Assembly (NCBI GenBank): GCA_907165135.1
Contig: OU015569.1
Span: 12,648,001 to 12,712,000 of the forward strand
Length of the DNA: 64,000 bases
DNA from: Oikopleura dioica
Lineage: Eukaryota > Animalia > Chordata
Direction: 5' to 3'
Shown here: one piece after another, positions 25,320 to 36,400 of the stretch
Position numbering within the stretch: position 1 is the first letter of the stretch
Layout of the letters: the number at the start of each line of letters is the position of its first letter
The notes under the pieces: model-generated
What the model saw: the letters and a program-made list of their open reading frames with translations, nothing else
The model's database searches: none
Told to the model about the DNA's origin: nothing
Program-made: the position numbers and the translations under genes

Positions 25320-27265
25320 CTACTCCCTCGGCAGTGTTTTCTTTTTCTTGGCTATCGGTTCTGCAGCCACTTCGAAGTCTTCTAATTCTTTCAATCGGTC
25401 ATTTTGTTTCTGAATAATGGAAAGGTTAGCAGAGGTTTTTGAAATTTCTGCTCACCTCGACAGTTGTGCGTTCTGTCCCCATGGTCATGAAGCGTTTTCC
25501 TCCTAAAATGTGCTGCTGGTACCATTCGACGCTTTTTTCCATCGCGGTTTTGAATCCTTTTTGCGTCCATCGGTGGTTTTCCGGAAGGTCACCGAATTTC
25601 GTCGCGGATGATCTACGAAGCTTTTTTTAAAGAATCGTCATTTTTTATGCTTACTGAAAAACACGGTGATCTGCGGATACCATCGGTCTGTAGAGATTGC
25701 GCAGCTTTTCAAACTTTGCTGCATTTTTGGAATCTTTGAGATAGGGCGAGAATTTTCCGACTATATCATCAAATGGAAACAACTTGAATGAATCCTTCTT
25801 CTTTTTGAGTTCATCCATTTTTTTCTTCATCCCCGCTATGCCTTGGTTGTTTTCGTAAAAGTTTCTGAAACCCTCGAAAACAATGGTCACTTCATCATCT
25901 TCATCCGAAAAGCTCTCATACACGACGAAGTATCTAGGCAGAAGTTCCAAGTTTTTCTCGTCGAGTGAGTCAGCATCAAAAAACAAGGTCACTAGCAGGG
26001 CATGGCCGATGTTGATCGTAACTGTCGCCTTCGATTTTTGTCGTTCGTAAAAAGACTTCTTTTTACATTTCTTTATGATGAAGTCTAATGAACAGATTTA
26101 ATCTTAGTAAGCAATAATGTTGATTTTTACCGCACGAGTACTCATCATCAGAGTCGCGACTTGATTGAGGAAGTTGTTTTGGAGGCGGCTCATTGAAGAT
26201 CTCGGCGATGTCGGAAGTCGATGCCGGCAAATCCTCGGGTTTTGTGTAGAGGTCTTTATTCAATTTGAGAGCAGCAGAGAGAGCCGAGATCTGGCCGCGT
26301 GAGAAAAGATGTAGATATCGAGCAATCGCTTTCGTTTCTTCCTAAGACCTCGATCATTCAATTGCTCTTATGGTTTTTAACTACCTTTTCTAGTTTGTTT
26401 TCGGACATTGTAGCCTTGAACATGTCTATCATCTTCTTCTCGTCTTTGTAGATATGCTGCTTGAAGTGAATCGGCTGGATTCCCGACATCAAAAATAGAA
26501 CCTCCCCAAATTTACTCGAGAAGGATGATCCGGGAGCGATTTGAGGAAGTGAGTTCCAGACACTTAAAAAAAATTATGCGCAAAAACTTATATAAGTACG
26601 CACAAGAGCGCTGGAAAGGGGTTGAAAATAATTTTTGAGACGCTAGGGGATTCTCGGTTGATAAAAGGATCTGGAGGTCAAGGGTAGACAGCTAACCACA
26701 AAGGGTCCACATCACACACCCTTGCATAACCATGTCCTTCAGAATAACCGCGGTGAAAAAGGGTTGAAAAAGGTTGGGGCTTTTTGGTGGTAAAAAAGGA
26801 TCTGGAGGTCAAGGGTAGACTGCTAACCACAAAGGGTCCACTTCACACACCCTAGCATAACCATCTCCTTCAAAATAAGCGAGGTGAAAAAAGGGTTGAA
26901 AAAGGTTGGGGGTTTATGGTGAAAAAAGGATCTGGAGGTCAAGGGTAGACTGCTAACCACAAAGGGTCCACTTCACACACCCTAGCATAACCATCTCCTT
27001 CACAATAAGCGCGGTGAAAAAGGGTTTGTAAAAGGTTGGGGATTTATGGTGGAAAGAAAAGGATCTGGAGGTCAAGGGTAGACTGCTAACCACAAAGGGT
27101 CCACTTCACACACCCTAGCATAACCGTCTCCTTTTCTGTTTAAAAATTGGTTTTGAAAAAGGGCCGAAATTTGGGGAGAATTCTAGCATTTCATAATTAC
27201 CTTCGATTGACGATCTTCAATTTCTCTCCTTTCATGCGCTCTTCGTCGACTCCTCTCTGCGTCAT
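25320..27265 (-). CDS. Transposon ORF-A, unknown ~376-aa protein, 6 exons
   Basis: Exons 27201-27265, 26385-26562, 26131-26341, 25655-26084, 25456-25612 and 25320-25409 (1131 nt, all GT-AG, open frame). C-terminal basic PIAKKKK; AATAAA at 25267-25272. Confidence 0.82.
26610..27131. repeat. ~131-bp tandem repeat (3.5-4 units) in intron 1 of ORF-A
   Basis: GGATCTGGAGGTCAAGGGTAGAC(A/T)GCTAACCACAAAGGGTCCAC recurs at 26667, 26798, 26928 and 27061. Confidence 0.95.
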
Positions 27266-28415
27266 TCTCTAAAAATATGATTTTTTTAGTTATTGTCTTT
27301 TTTAGTAAAAAGAACTTTCAGTTATTTTCTCTAAAAAACTTTTTTTTTCTCGAAAAAAAGAAGAGGAAAAGTTGCAGACGGAGCGTGAGTTCTGATTTTT
27401 TCTCAGAAAAACTCTCGTCCAATAGAAAGAGCGCTTTAAAGTTTCCTCCAATCAGAGAACGCGCTCATGAAATGGTCTGACTAGGTCTGAGTGTTCATTT
27501 CGCTTGGCGCTCGCAGGCGGCCAATAGGAGCGCGAGAAAAATATTACTCACGCCAAGTCACCGCTCAATCCGCTCAATCGCTCTCCCTCAATTGAGCGAG
27601 CGGGTGGGCGAGCGGGAATAATCCAACTTTGTTCTGAGCGAGCGAGCGACCGCTCATCGCTCGCTCACCGCTCGCTCACGCTCAAATTCCGCTCACCGCT
27701 CAACCAAAATTGGAACCCTGGTTTTATGCACGCCAGTTTTCATAAAAATCATTTGCATAAGCTGCCAAAACGTGCACTAGCGGATTAATTGCCTTTTTAT
27801 TTTCTTTTCAAAGCTAGGAATCATGCCCTAATGTGTTTTTTGGGGTGGTGGCTTGAATCAACAAAAAAGAAATTTTGTATTTGGTCAAATTTTGGACCCA
27901 TCAGATGTTCGCATTTGATCGATAAGCCAATCAAACTTCAGAGAAAGTTTCATTTTTGTTGACATTGCTGACTTTATATTTGTTGAATAGACTCTAGAAT
28001 CGTGCGGCGCAAAAGTATTGTCAGGAGCCGATTGGTCCATTGAGTGTTCTCTTCCTTCCCTGTTCAATTTTATTTACACGTTTGTCTGTAGTGATAGCAC
28101 GTAACGTGCTCAACCGGATTACAAGCAGTCTACTGGCCATTGTTTGGTCCTGTTATACGGTATCCGCCAATTATACTTAGCCCGATAATTTTATCGGCAT
28201 GAGTACGAATTGAGTAGATCCAGAGTCACAAGGCATTTTTAAAGGTCAGAAAGGGGCGACTACTTCAACTAGGCTCGGCAACCTGGAAAGAAAACCTGAC
28301 TCAGGGTCGAAAATATCTTGAGTGAAAAGCCTCGAAGCAAAATTATCGTTCCAGTCTGTATATAACCTTTGCGGCTTATTTTTCTACGCGGGTTTTCATC
28401 AAAGATCTTTTAGAC

Positions 28416-29355
28416 CAGTGTTTGAAAAAATGATGAGCGCGAGCCGCGAGCGAGCGTAAGCGAGCGAGCAAGCGCTCGCGCTCGCTCACTCACGAAAAAT
28501 TTCAAGGCCACTGCTCGCGCTCACTCACTCACGAAAAATTCCTAGGCCACTGCTCGCGCTCACTCGCGCTCGCTCACGGCCTGTTTACGGAAAAAACGCC
28601 CGCGACCAAGCATTTCCAGATTTGCGAAATCTTTCTTGATTTCATCTTTTAATTACGTCAAAGCGCCCGGTATGTCCACACGATTCATCCCGCTCGCCCA
28701 AGCGACGCCTATTTCTCCTTTTTCACTGTTTTTTATAAATTTTTGATGGCAAAAAACGGAAGCTTGAAGAGAATTCTCATTATGAGTTAATCTCGCGAGG
28801 AGTTTATCCAGACCTTGATCAGCTTCTAGACGATGTAACGAAAGAGAGAAAATGGCAGCCCGAACTTGAATTCAAAAAATCATCACTGATTGAAAGTGGG
28901 ACGGTCGAATAATCTGCAGTGGGCCTTGCCTTACGAATAACCCTCCTTTGAAAGCATGTTATCCAGGAACTGAAACCTTCAAATTCTTCAACGGTATGAA
29001 ATTTGTTAAAAGGCCTGCATGAAGGTGCTGAAGGCAAAGAATATTGAGGACAAGGAGAAGAAACTGGACGATGCAGCGATATTACTCTGTCAAAACTGAA
29101 GTTCGGTTTTTTGTCAATAAAAATCTTCGGGGTCATGAAAATTTCAGTGCTAAATCATCACGAGCGAGCGCGAGCGAGCGAGTGAGCGCTCTTGCTCGCT
29201 CACTCATAAAAAATTTTGGAGCTTCTGCTCGCGCTCGCTCACTCACGCTAAAATCGGCGAACCTCCGCTCGCGCTCGCTCACTCATGAAAAAATTTTGGG
29301 GGCCCTGCTCGCGCTCACTCGCTCATCTTAGTTCTGACCATTTTTTCAAACACTG
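28416..29355 (+). mobile_element. Non-autonomous hAT derivative nested in a family A MITE
   Basis: TIRs CAGTGTTTGAAAAAATG; exact TSD TTTTAGAC; GAGCG/CGCTC subterminal repeats; degenerate internal reading frame beginning GKKRKLEEN. Confidence 0.92.
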
Positions 29356-29524
29356 TTTTAGACCCTGAGTCAGGTTAGGGTCAGAAAACGCTATTTTAGA
29401 AAAACGGCGATTCAAAATTTGATATTCTTGGTTTCCTTCGAATTTAAATCAATCTGTTTGCAAATCATCGCCGCCACTACTTAAAGTTGCACAAGAATTA
29501 GTAAACACTTTTGGGGCTAATCAC

Positions 29525-30459
29525 TAGGTAAACTTGATGAAAAATGAGCTCTTTTAGAGCTTATAAATCAGGGAATATAATACAGTTTTAGAATCCTCAG
29601 AAGCTGAGGATCATTTTGACTATTCATACTTGGGGGTTTCGCTCATGCCCTGAGGGGTTTTAGGCGTTCCAAAGTCCCGAAATTGGGCCAATCTCGGTTA
29701 GGAGCTCATAACTTTTCTTCTCCCCACTTCTGGAGAAAGCCCACTATATGAGCTTGTAGAGGAGGCTCTAACGGTTCAGAATATGTATAGAAAACCACCG
29801 GACACCCCCATTCTAGAGCCTCTAGAAGGCCCGGAAGTTGAGGAAGTGACCGGAAAATCAGTACTTTTTACGAAAATAGAGCAAAATGCAATATTTTCAT
29901 CGGAAATCATTACAAAAACGTTTTTTATGAGTTTCTGACGCACAAAATTTACTCTTGGGTCATTTGAGGTCACGTGGGGTCATATTGTGAGAAAAAATGA
30001 ATTTCGTAAGAACTCACCCCGGAAGGATCCCAGACTAAATTTTGTACGTCATAAAATCATTAAAAACGTTTTTCTAACGATTTCCGATGAAAATATTGCA
30101 CTTTTGCTCTATTTTCGTAAAAAGTGCTGATTTTCCGGTGACTTCCTCAACGTCCGGGCCTTCTAGAGGCTCTAGAATGGGGTGTCCGGTGGTTTTCTAT
30201 ACATATTCTGAACCGTTAGAGCCTCCTCTACAAGCTCATATAGTGGGCTTTCTCCAGAAGTGGGGAGAAGAAAAGTTATGAGCCCCTAACCGAGATTGGC
30301 CAAATTTCGGGACTTTGAAGGCCCAAACCCTCAGGGCATGAGCAAAACACCCAAGTATCAATAGTCAAAATGATCCCCAGCTTCTGAGGATTCTATAACT
30401 GTATTATATTCCTGATTTATAAGCTCTAAAAAGAGCTCATTTTTCATCAAGTTTACCTA
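29525..30459. mobile_element. Foldback element related to 3496-4435
   Basis: TAGGTAAACTTG...CAAGTTTACCTA with long inverted arms; exact TSD CTAATCAC. Shares blocks such as ATAATACAGTTTTAGAA..CTCAGAAGCTG.GGATCATTTTGACTATT with the first element. Confidence 0.95.
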
Positions 30460-33282
30460 CTAATCACGCCTCGCATTGAGTTTATCAAATAAGTTGTTGA
30501 AGAAAGAATTTCTCCAAAGTCGCATTTCCCAAAATATCTTTTCAACAGAAATTTGAAAAAACTAAGCTGTTTTTTTCTTCAATCTGGAATCTTGAGAAAG
30601 GTGTTTTAAAAGAAGCGAGGTGGAGGGGTTAACAGGCCTAACCTTTTTCACGGGTGCAGCTGAAAATACCGCTCTGAGCGAGATAAGCGTCGAATAGAAA
30701 CTAGAACTTTCCATTAAAGATTTCTCAGACCTTGACTCAGGTTTTCTACACAGGTCGCCGAGCCAAGACGAAAGGGTACAATGAGCCACTGTTCTTGGGA
30801 ATACTTACTGACTGTTCTGAGCAAACTAAAAGCGCTAGAAAGAGCGTTACTAATACAGTAATGAGTAGCTGCAGCTTGACGAGTTGTTTGCACGTGGTCA
30901 AGTTGAATTTCCGCAGAGATGTTTTTATCGAAGCATGTTGCTTTTAAACTTTCTAAGCCCGTTTGCTGGAGAAAATGAGAGGCTTTAAGCTTGTGATTTT
31001 CGTGTTCAAGCATTTCAGCCAGACGTAACTTGGGCGAGTCTAAACCAGCTACTGTACTCTAGCTGGCAAATTTCAAATGGCAAGGTCAATTAAAACGATA
31101 CAAGATTCTAGTGAATTTAGCTATAATTTTTAAGTCGCGTCAAATTGAACTGAAATTTCGAGCCAATCAAAAGGCTGGATTTGGCCCAACAGCCAATCAG
31201 TGCTCGAATAGCAGATTTTTCAGTAAAAACTCGCAATTTCATCCTTTTCTGCAATTTTCCCAGGGTGGGAAAATAGTTTTTATTTCAATTTAGAGAAGAA
31301 AAAGCTACTGTAAAAGAAATAAAGTTTTAAAAGCCTATAATATTTTAAAAAAGAAAAGAAAGAAATTTATCAGTATTCTTTCAAAGAATGTTACGCTAAG
31401 GAAAGAGATGAGTAACTGTTCAATTTTCATTCAAGAGGAATAATATTATTCCGGCCCTGTGGTGAACGAAACACTCGAGCCCAGCTGGCGAGATAAAAAG
31501 TGACATTTTTCGGCTTTGGAAGGCGCTCGTTTCCGCCAATATCGCAGTGCAACTCTCAACTCTCTGACTCGATCACTTTTTCAAGGCACGTATTATTTCG
31601 TGTTCAGATGATGACCTCACCATAAAAAAGAAGAAGAAGAAAAACCATTCAATGCCAGCGCTATTTCTTGTTAGGCGACGGTTTCTAACCGAGGTTTACT
31701 GATGGTCTTCGACAGTACTAACAAGCCCACCAACGTTTCGAGTTGACAGTTAGGTCATCAAACTTGAGTTACTTACAATTTTTTTTTGTCTCACGGGACA
31801 TTTTTGTACTTTTAGGTCTCAAAACTTTCAGTCTCGAGAAGTTCACTCTTTGACACTTTTTTGGAAAAGGGCCCGTTAGAGTCGGGCGTAAAAATTAGAT
31901 AACGCGTTCTCCGCCGCCGGGGACACTCAACCTCAGATTGTGGGCCTTCCTTAGGCGGCGCCCTGGAAGCCCCCGAGCCTCCCCGAGGTCGGGAGGGTAC
32001 ATTGGTTATATGGGTTTGGTTTGGCAGAAAGAGGCCCTAGACGAAGTAGCAGCCCCAGAGAGCGACCCGACGGCGTTATAGCTGATTAGGTTCAGGAACG
32101 ACAAAGTCGAGATTCTCAAGTTAAAATAGAAATTATGGTGTGTACTTACTCGAATCGATAGACCTGTGAAAGTAATCAATCCTTGCTATTTTTAACGGAA
32201 ACAGTTTTTATTTAATAAAAAATAAAAATAAAAAATAAGAAATTATTAAATAAAATTCAAAATACATATTGTCCCAAAGTTTCAGACATTTACCTCGAGA
32301 GGTTCTAGGGGTTAATTTTTTGCTCGCCAGCCCTAGCGATTTTGATTGATTAGTATTGCTAAGGCCCTTGATTAGAAGATCGGCTGCTCTTTTCGGAAAA
32401 CGTGTTCAACAAAAGTTAAGGACGCGGCCGAAGCGCTGCCTTTCCATCAAGGGTCGTATTCACGACGAGTTATGAAAAGCTCATTTTAGCCATTTTCTAG
32501 GACGCGATTATGCCAGAAAAGAAGCCAGCTCCTTTCTCACATTCTTGACAGGAATAATTGACGCAGACCGAGGCGACTGCCATCGACCATGGGATTTTCT
32601 TGCGATTGGCGAGAAAATTAACATAGTGACACCCTTACATTAGGTTTTCAAATGAATGTCAAAATCAATTTCTTCTTCTTTTGAAGGGGAAGTCGCAGAA
32701 TTCGACAAAAAAAATGAGATCATTTTGGCCAAAATTTTGGGAAAAATTAGACCAATAGGATATCCGCATTCAGCCGATAAGCCAATCAGATTTCAGAAAA
32801 TTAAAATTCAAGCTAACTCAAATCTTCGAAGCAATTTTTTGTCGACTCTAGAAACCAAGTCAAATAAAAGGGAATCACTAACATAACGGGGTTTTTAAGT
32901 CTGCCAATGATAGCCTATCATTGATAGGTATCCCCTTAAAAGGGGAAAAACGCGTGTTAAAATAACTTATGATGACTAAGTTTTGATCCCTTCGAAGATT
33001 CCATCCTTATTTTAAAAATACATAACTCTTGGTCTATTTTTAATTAGCGCGGAGTTCGAGATATTAAGCTTTGAAGTTTTTGGCGCGTTAGCCGTCAATT
33101 TGACCCATGAGAAGCGGTCTTTACAGTAAGCAAGGGCAGCGGGCGGAAAGCGCGCGGTACCCCCGTGCGCGTTCGATACAAGTTACAACTTACTAGCGCC
33201 GCGGAGGATTCACGATCGTCTGCATCCCGCGCGCGCCCTCCTGGAGCAGGGACCAAAGACGCCTTTTTCGTATTTTTCAGCT

Positions 33283-33292
33283 ATTATAAAAA
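33283..33292 (+). promoter_or_regulatory. Candidate TATA box of the CUB-domain gene
   Basis: TATAAAA upstream of a probable 5'UTR intron (33311-33380) and the ATG at 33460. Confidence 0.4.
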
Positions 33293-33459
33293 CGACGGCG
33301 TGGATCCAGGTCAATCATCAATGGAATTGAAATAAAACATTCCGATTAATTTAATTTTTCCCTTTTTTAATTTTTAACAGAGAGACTCTCGCTTGAAATC
33401 AACGAAGAAAAGAATAAAAAAAAAACAAAGAAAGAAGGAAAAAGAAGAGTTTTCTCAAA

Positions 33460-36400
33460 ATGACGCGCCTAAATTTAGGAAGCAATAAAGGTAATTCAAA
33501 AATACTCTATACGCAGCGTATAACCTTATGTAAAGTACCTCCAGTCCTTCTTGTTAGCGGCTTGAATAGACAGAAAATTCTATTTTTTCTAAAATCTGAT
33601 TGGCCCAGCGGTCGGATGGGGCGATTTTACTGTTCTAAAATTTTGTCAAAATTTTCTGATGATTGTGGTATTTTTCTTTATTAAATCCATCCGCTTTTCT
33701 AGCTTTTTTCTATTTTTTCTATCATTTAATTAAGAGCCCTTAATTTCTGGACTTGTCTTTTTATTGATAATTTTACCCAATTACTAACAAAAAGAACTCG
33801 TGACTATAAATTAAAGCCATCAACAATAAAATAAAGTAATCGTAATTCCGTTACACGAGTACATGCTTTCACTGAATATTAGAGCGAGCGCCTTAAGTTT
33901 GCACTGTAAACTCGGCCAAGCATTTTTAAGAGTGCCCTCACTTTTTTGCTTCATCGGGTAAATCTGTTTTTGGTGCAAACTCTGTCGTGACATAACCGAG
34001 CGCACGTGGAATCAGCCTGATAAAAGACTGATAAGGGAGCCGCTTATCATTAGAAACACGGACACAGGACAATCCGGAAGGGTCAAAAGAAGGCTTTTGA
34101 ATAATTAGCTGGAAAAGGGGGTGAACTCCCTTAGCCTCAAAACTCCCGCTTTGACCGTTTAAATTCTCTTGAATGCAAATTAAGGGGGTACTCTTCCATT
34201 TCTGACGGACTTAATTTCCATTCAGCTAGCTTATTTTACAATTACGCTATTTGAAAAAACTGCAATTAAAAAAATCTGAAATAAAATTACTAAACAAAAA
34301 AGCCAGATTTTTTTTGAAAAGGCGATTTTTTAAAATAATTCGGGTTCAAATAAATCTCTCGAATCTCACCTTAACGTGTTTGTAAAGAAACGTTTGGCTG
34401 GGCTTTGGTGGGAGTAAGCCCAAGAATAGCATCGTCAGTGGTAATTTCAAGATTAAGTTAAGCTACTCCGTGCTCAACCTTTTCCAGCTGAGTTACCTTC
34501 TGCATTCTTTCGTTGAACGAAATCCGGAACGAAGAGAAAATAAACTAAGTCTAGGCTAATCCGCTAACGATGAGGCGCAGATTCGAGATGTAGATAATTA
34601 AACCCTCGGCGCATGTACCTCCTTTTTGTGCAAAACAGACAATTTCGAGCCGTAAAGGCAACTTCCTTCTAAAAAATTTTTGTTCACTTTTGTTATTTTC
34701 ATTATTTTCTTTATAAAAAGAGAAGTTTTTTATGATAGAAAATTTTCTATTGAAAATTATCCTATAAAAATTAATTAGAAGCAGTTTTAATAAAAAAAAT
34801 TTTCTACAAATCAAATTCTCGGAAAAAGATGATTGACGAATCAGAATTCTTCTATTCAAAAAAATTTTCTTTTTGGAAAAAGAGTCATTTTTGATGATGA
34901 CGAAAAGCAATTTTTCTAATAAGTTTTTTTGACCAATCAGAATCGTTGAAATAGATGATGGACCAATCAGAAGGCTTAATTCTCTAAAAAATTTTGAAAA
35001 ATTTCAAAAATGATAATAAAGACTTTTGTATTATAGAAAAAGTATTTTGACAATTTTGTAAGGTGTTTTTTCTTTTATGAGTCTGGCAAACATAATTTTG
35101 TGGAAAAACGTGGTTTGAACTTGTAATGTGGCGGGGTTTGATAATTCATTCGGACGGTGAACCAAATGTTCCTTAACGTGAGGGCGTCCACGTGCAAGTT
35201 AATCGCAGCCGGAGCCAGCGAAATCAAACATTTGCTGCTGATCCAACTATCTTTCCATTCTCTTTTTCGCCAAGTCAAATAAACTCAACTTTTACCTAAA
35301 ATTTCAGGATTACTGATATCGCTCCTGTCCATTTCCACAAATGCCCTCGACCTCTCTGCCGTCGACAAATTGCCACTCTGCCAAGGAGGACACATCACAA
35401 GTCAAAGGAATGGGATCAACTACTTTCAACAGTTCTTTTTTCTTGAATAAGTTGAGTTAATCTGGCACCTAGAAAAATCGAGGAGTCGCTTGCGGCTTCG
35501 AGCTTAAAAATTACTGAAGCCGCACTTTGCGCGGTTTTTTTTTGTTGAAGCTCGAAGCCGCAAGCGGCTTCTCGACTTTTCCAAGCACCATTTTGACTAA
35601 AATTATAGAGATCGAGAAGCCGTTTTCGGCTTCGAGCTAAAATATAATTGAAGCCGCGCTTCTAGCGGCTTATTATCTTATTCAAGCTCGAAGCCGCAAG
35701 CGGCTACTCGATTTTTTTTAATTTTAGTCAAAATGGCGATTTTAGCAAAGTTAGTCACGCGTTAAACTTTCGTAAAACTAGAACTTATATTCTAGTGCGC
35801 GACTAATTCTGACATGTAAAATTCATTGAGCGCCGTTTGTCCAACTTGGATCGCAAATTAAATAAGATTAAAGCCCCCTTCTCCATTTTTTCTTTTGTTT
35901 AAAATTTGAAAGTTTGTTAGAAACTGATTTGGTAACAATTTGTCTGATCGCAAAACAGTGGCCTGGAGAGGCAAGTGCCGAATGCGAACTGTCGCTGGCG
36001 CATCGAAAGCGAACAAAGCAAGAAAATCAAAGTGACCTTCCACGAGCTGACGCGCGATTGCTCGAATGACGAGGACGAGATTTATCTTCTCGACGCGCAG
36101 CGAAGCGTTTTCGGTCCTTTCTGCTCTCTCGCTGCAAATTACAACAGACACAGAAGAACTGCAGTCAATTTTGAACACGAGGTAACGACAAAAAATGGAC
36201 AAAAAATGAAATTGAATCTACCCGAATAAAATGGACATAAAAAACACAAAGGGACAAAGATAAGACTAAAAATCAATATGACTAAAAAGTACTAAAACCT
36301 AAAAAATAGACTACAAAAGGTGACTGACTCAATTTGACCAAATATGAACTAAATAATAGAAAAACAAATGAACTTTGGTTAGACAAAAAATATACTTGAC

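Larger units (their letters stand above)
22088..27720 (-). mobile_element. Autonomous hAT transposon carrying three genes
   Basis: Perfect 15-bp TIRs CAGGGTTCCAATTTT/AAAATTGGAACCCTG. Exact 8-bp TSD GTTTTATG at 22080-22087 and 27721-27728. Subterminal GAGCG/CGCTC repeats at both ends. Confidence 0.97.

Noticed and set aside
26663-27131. CRISPR-like array
   Set aside because: Whole units repeat with no unique spacers; eukaryotic intron; no cas genes.
28416-30459. Three elements all about 940 bp long
   Set aside because: Two are related and the third match is probably coincidence.
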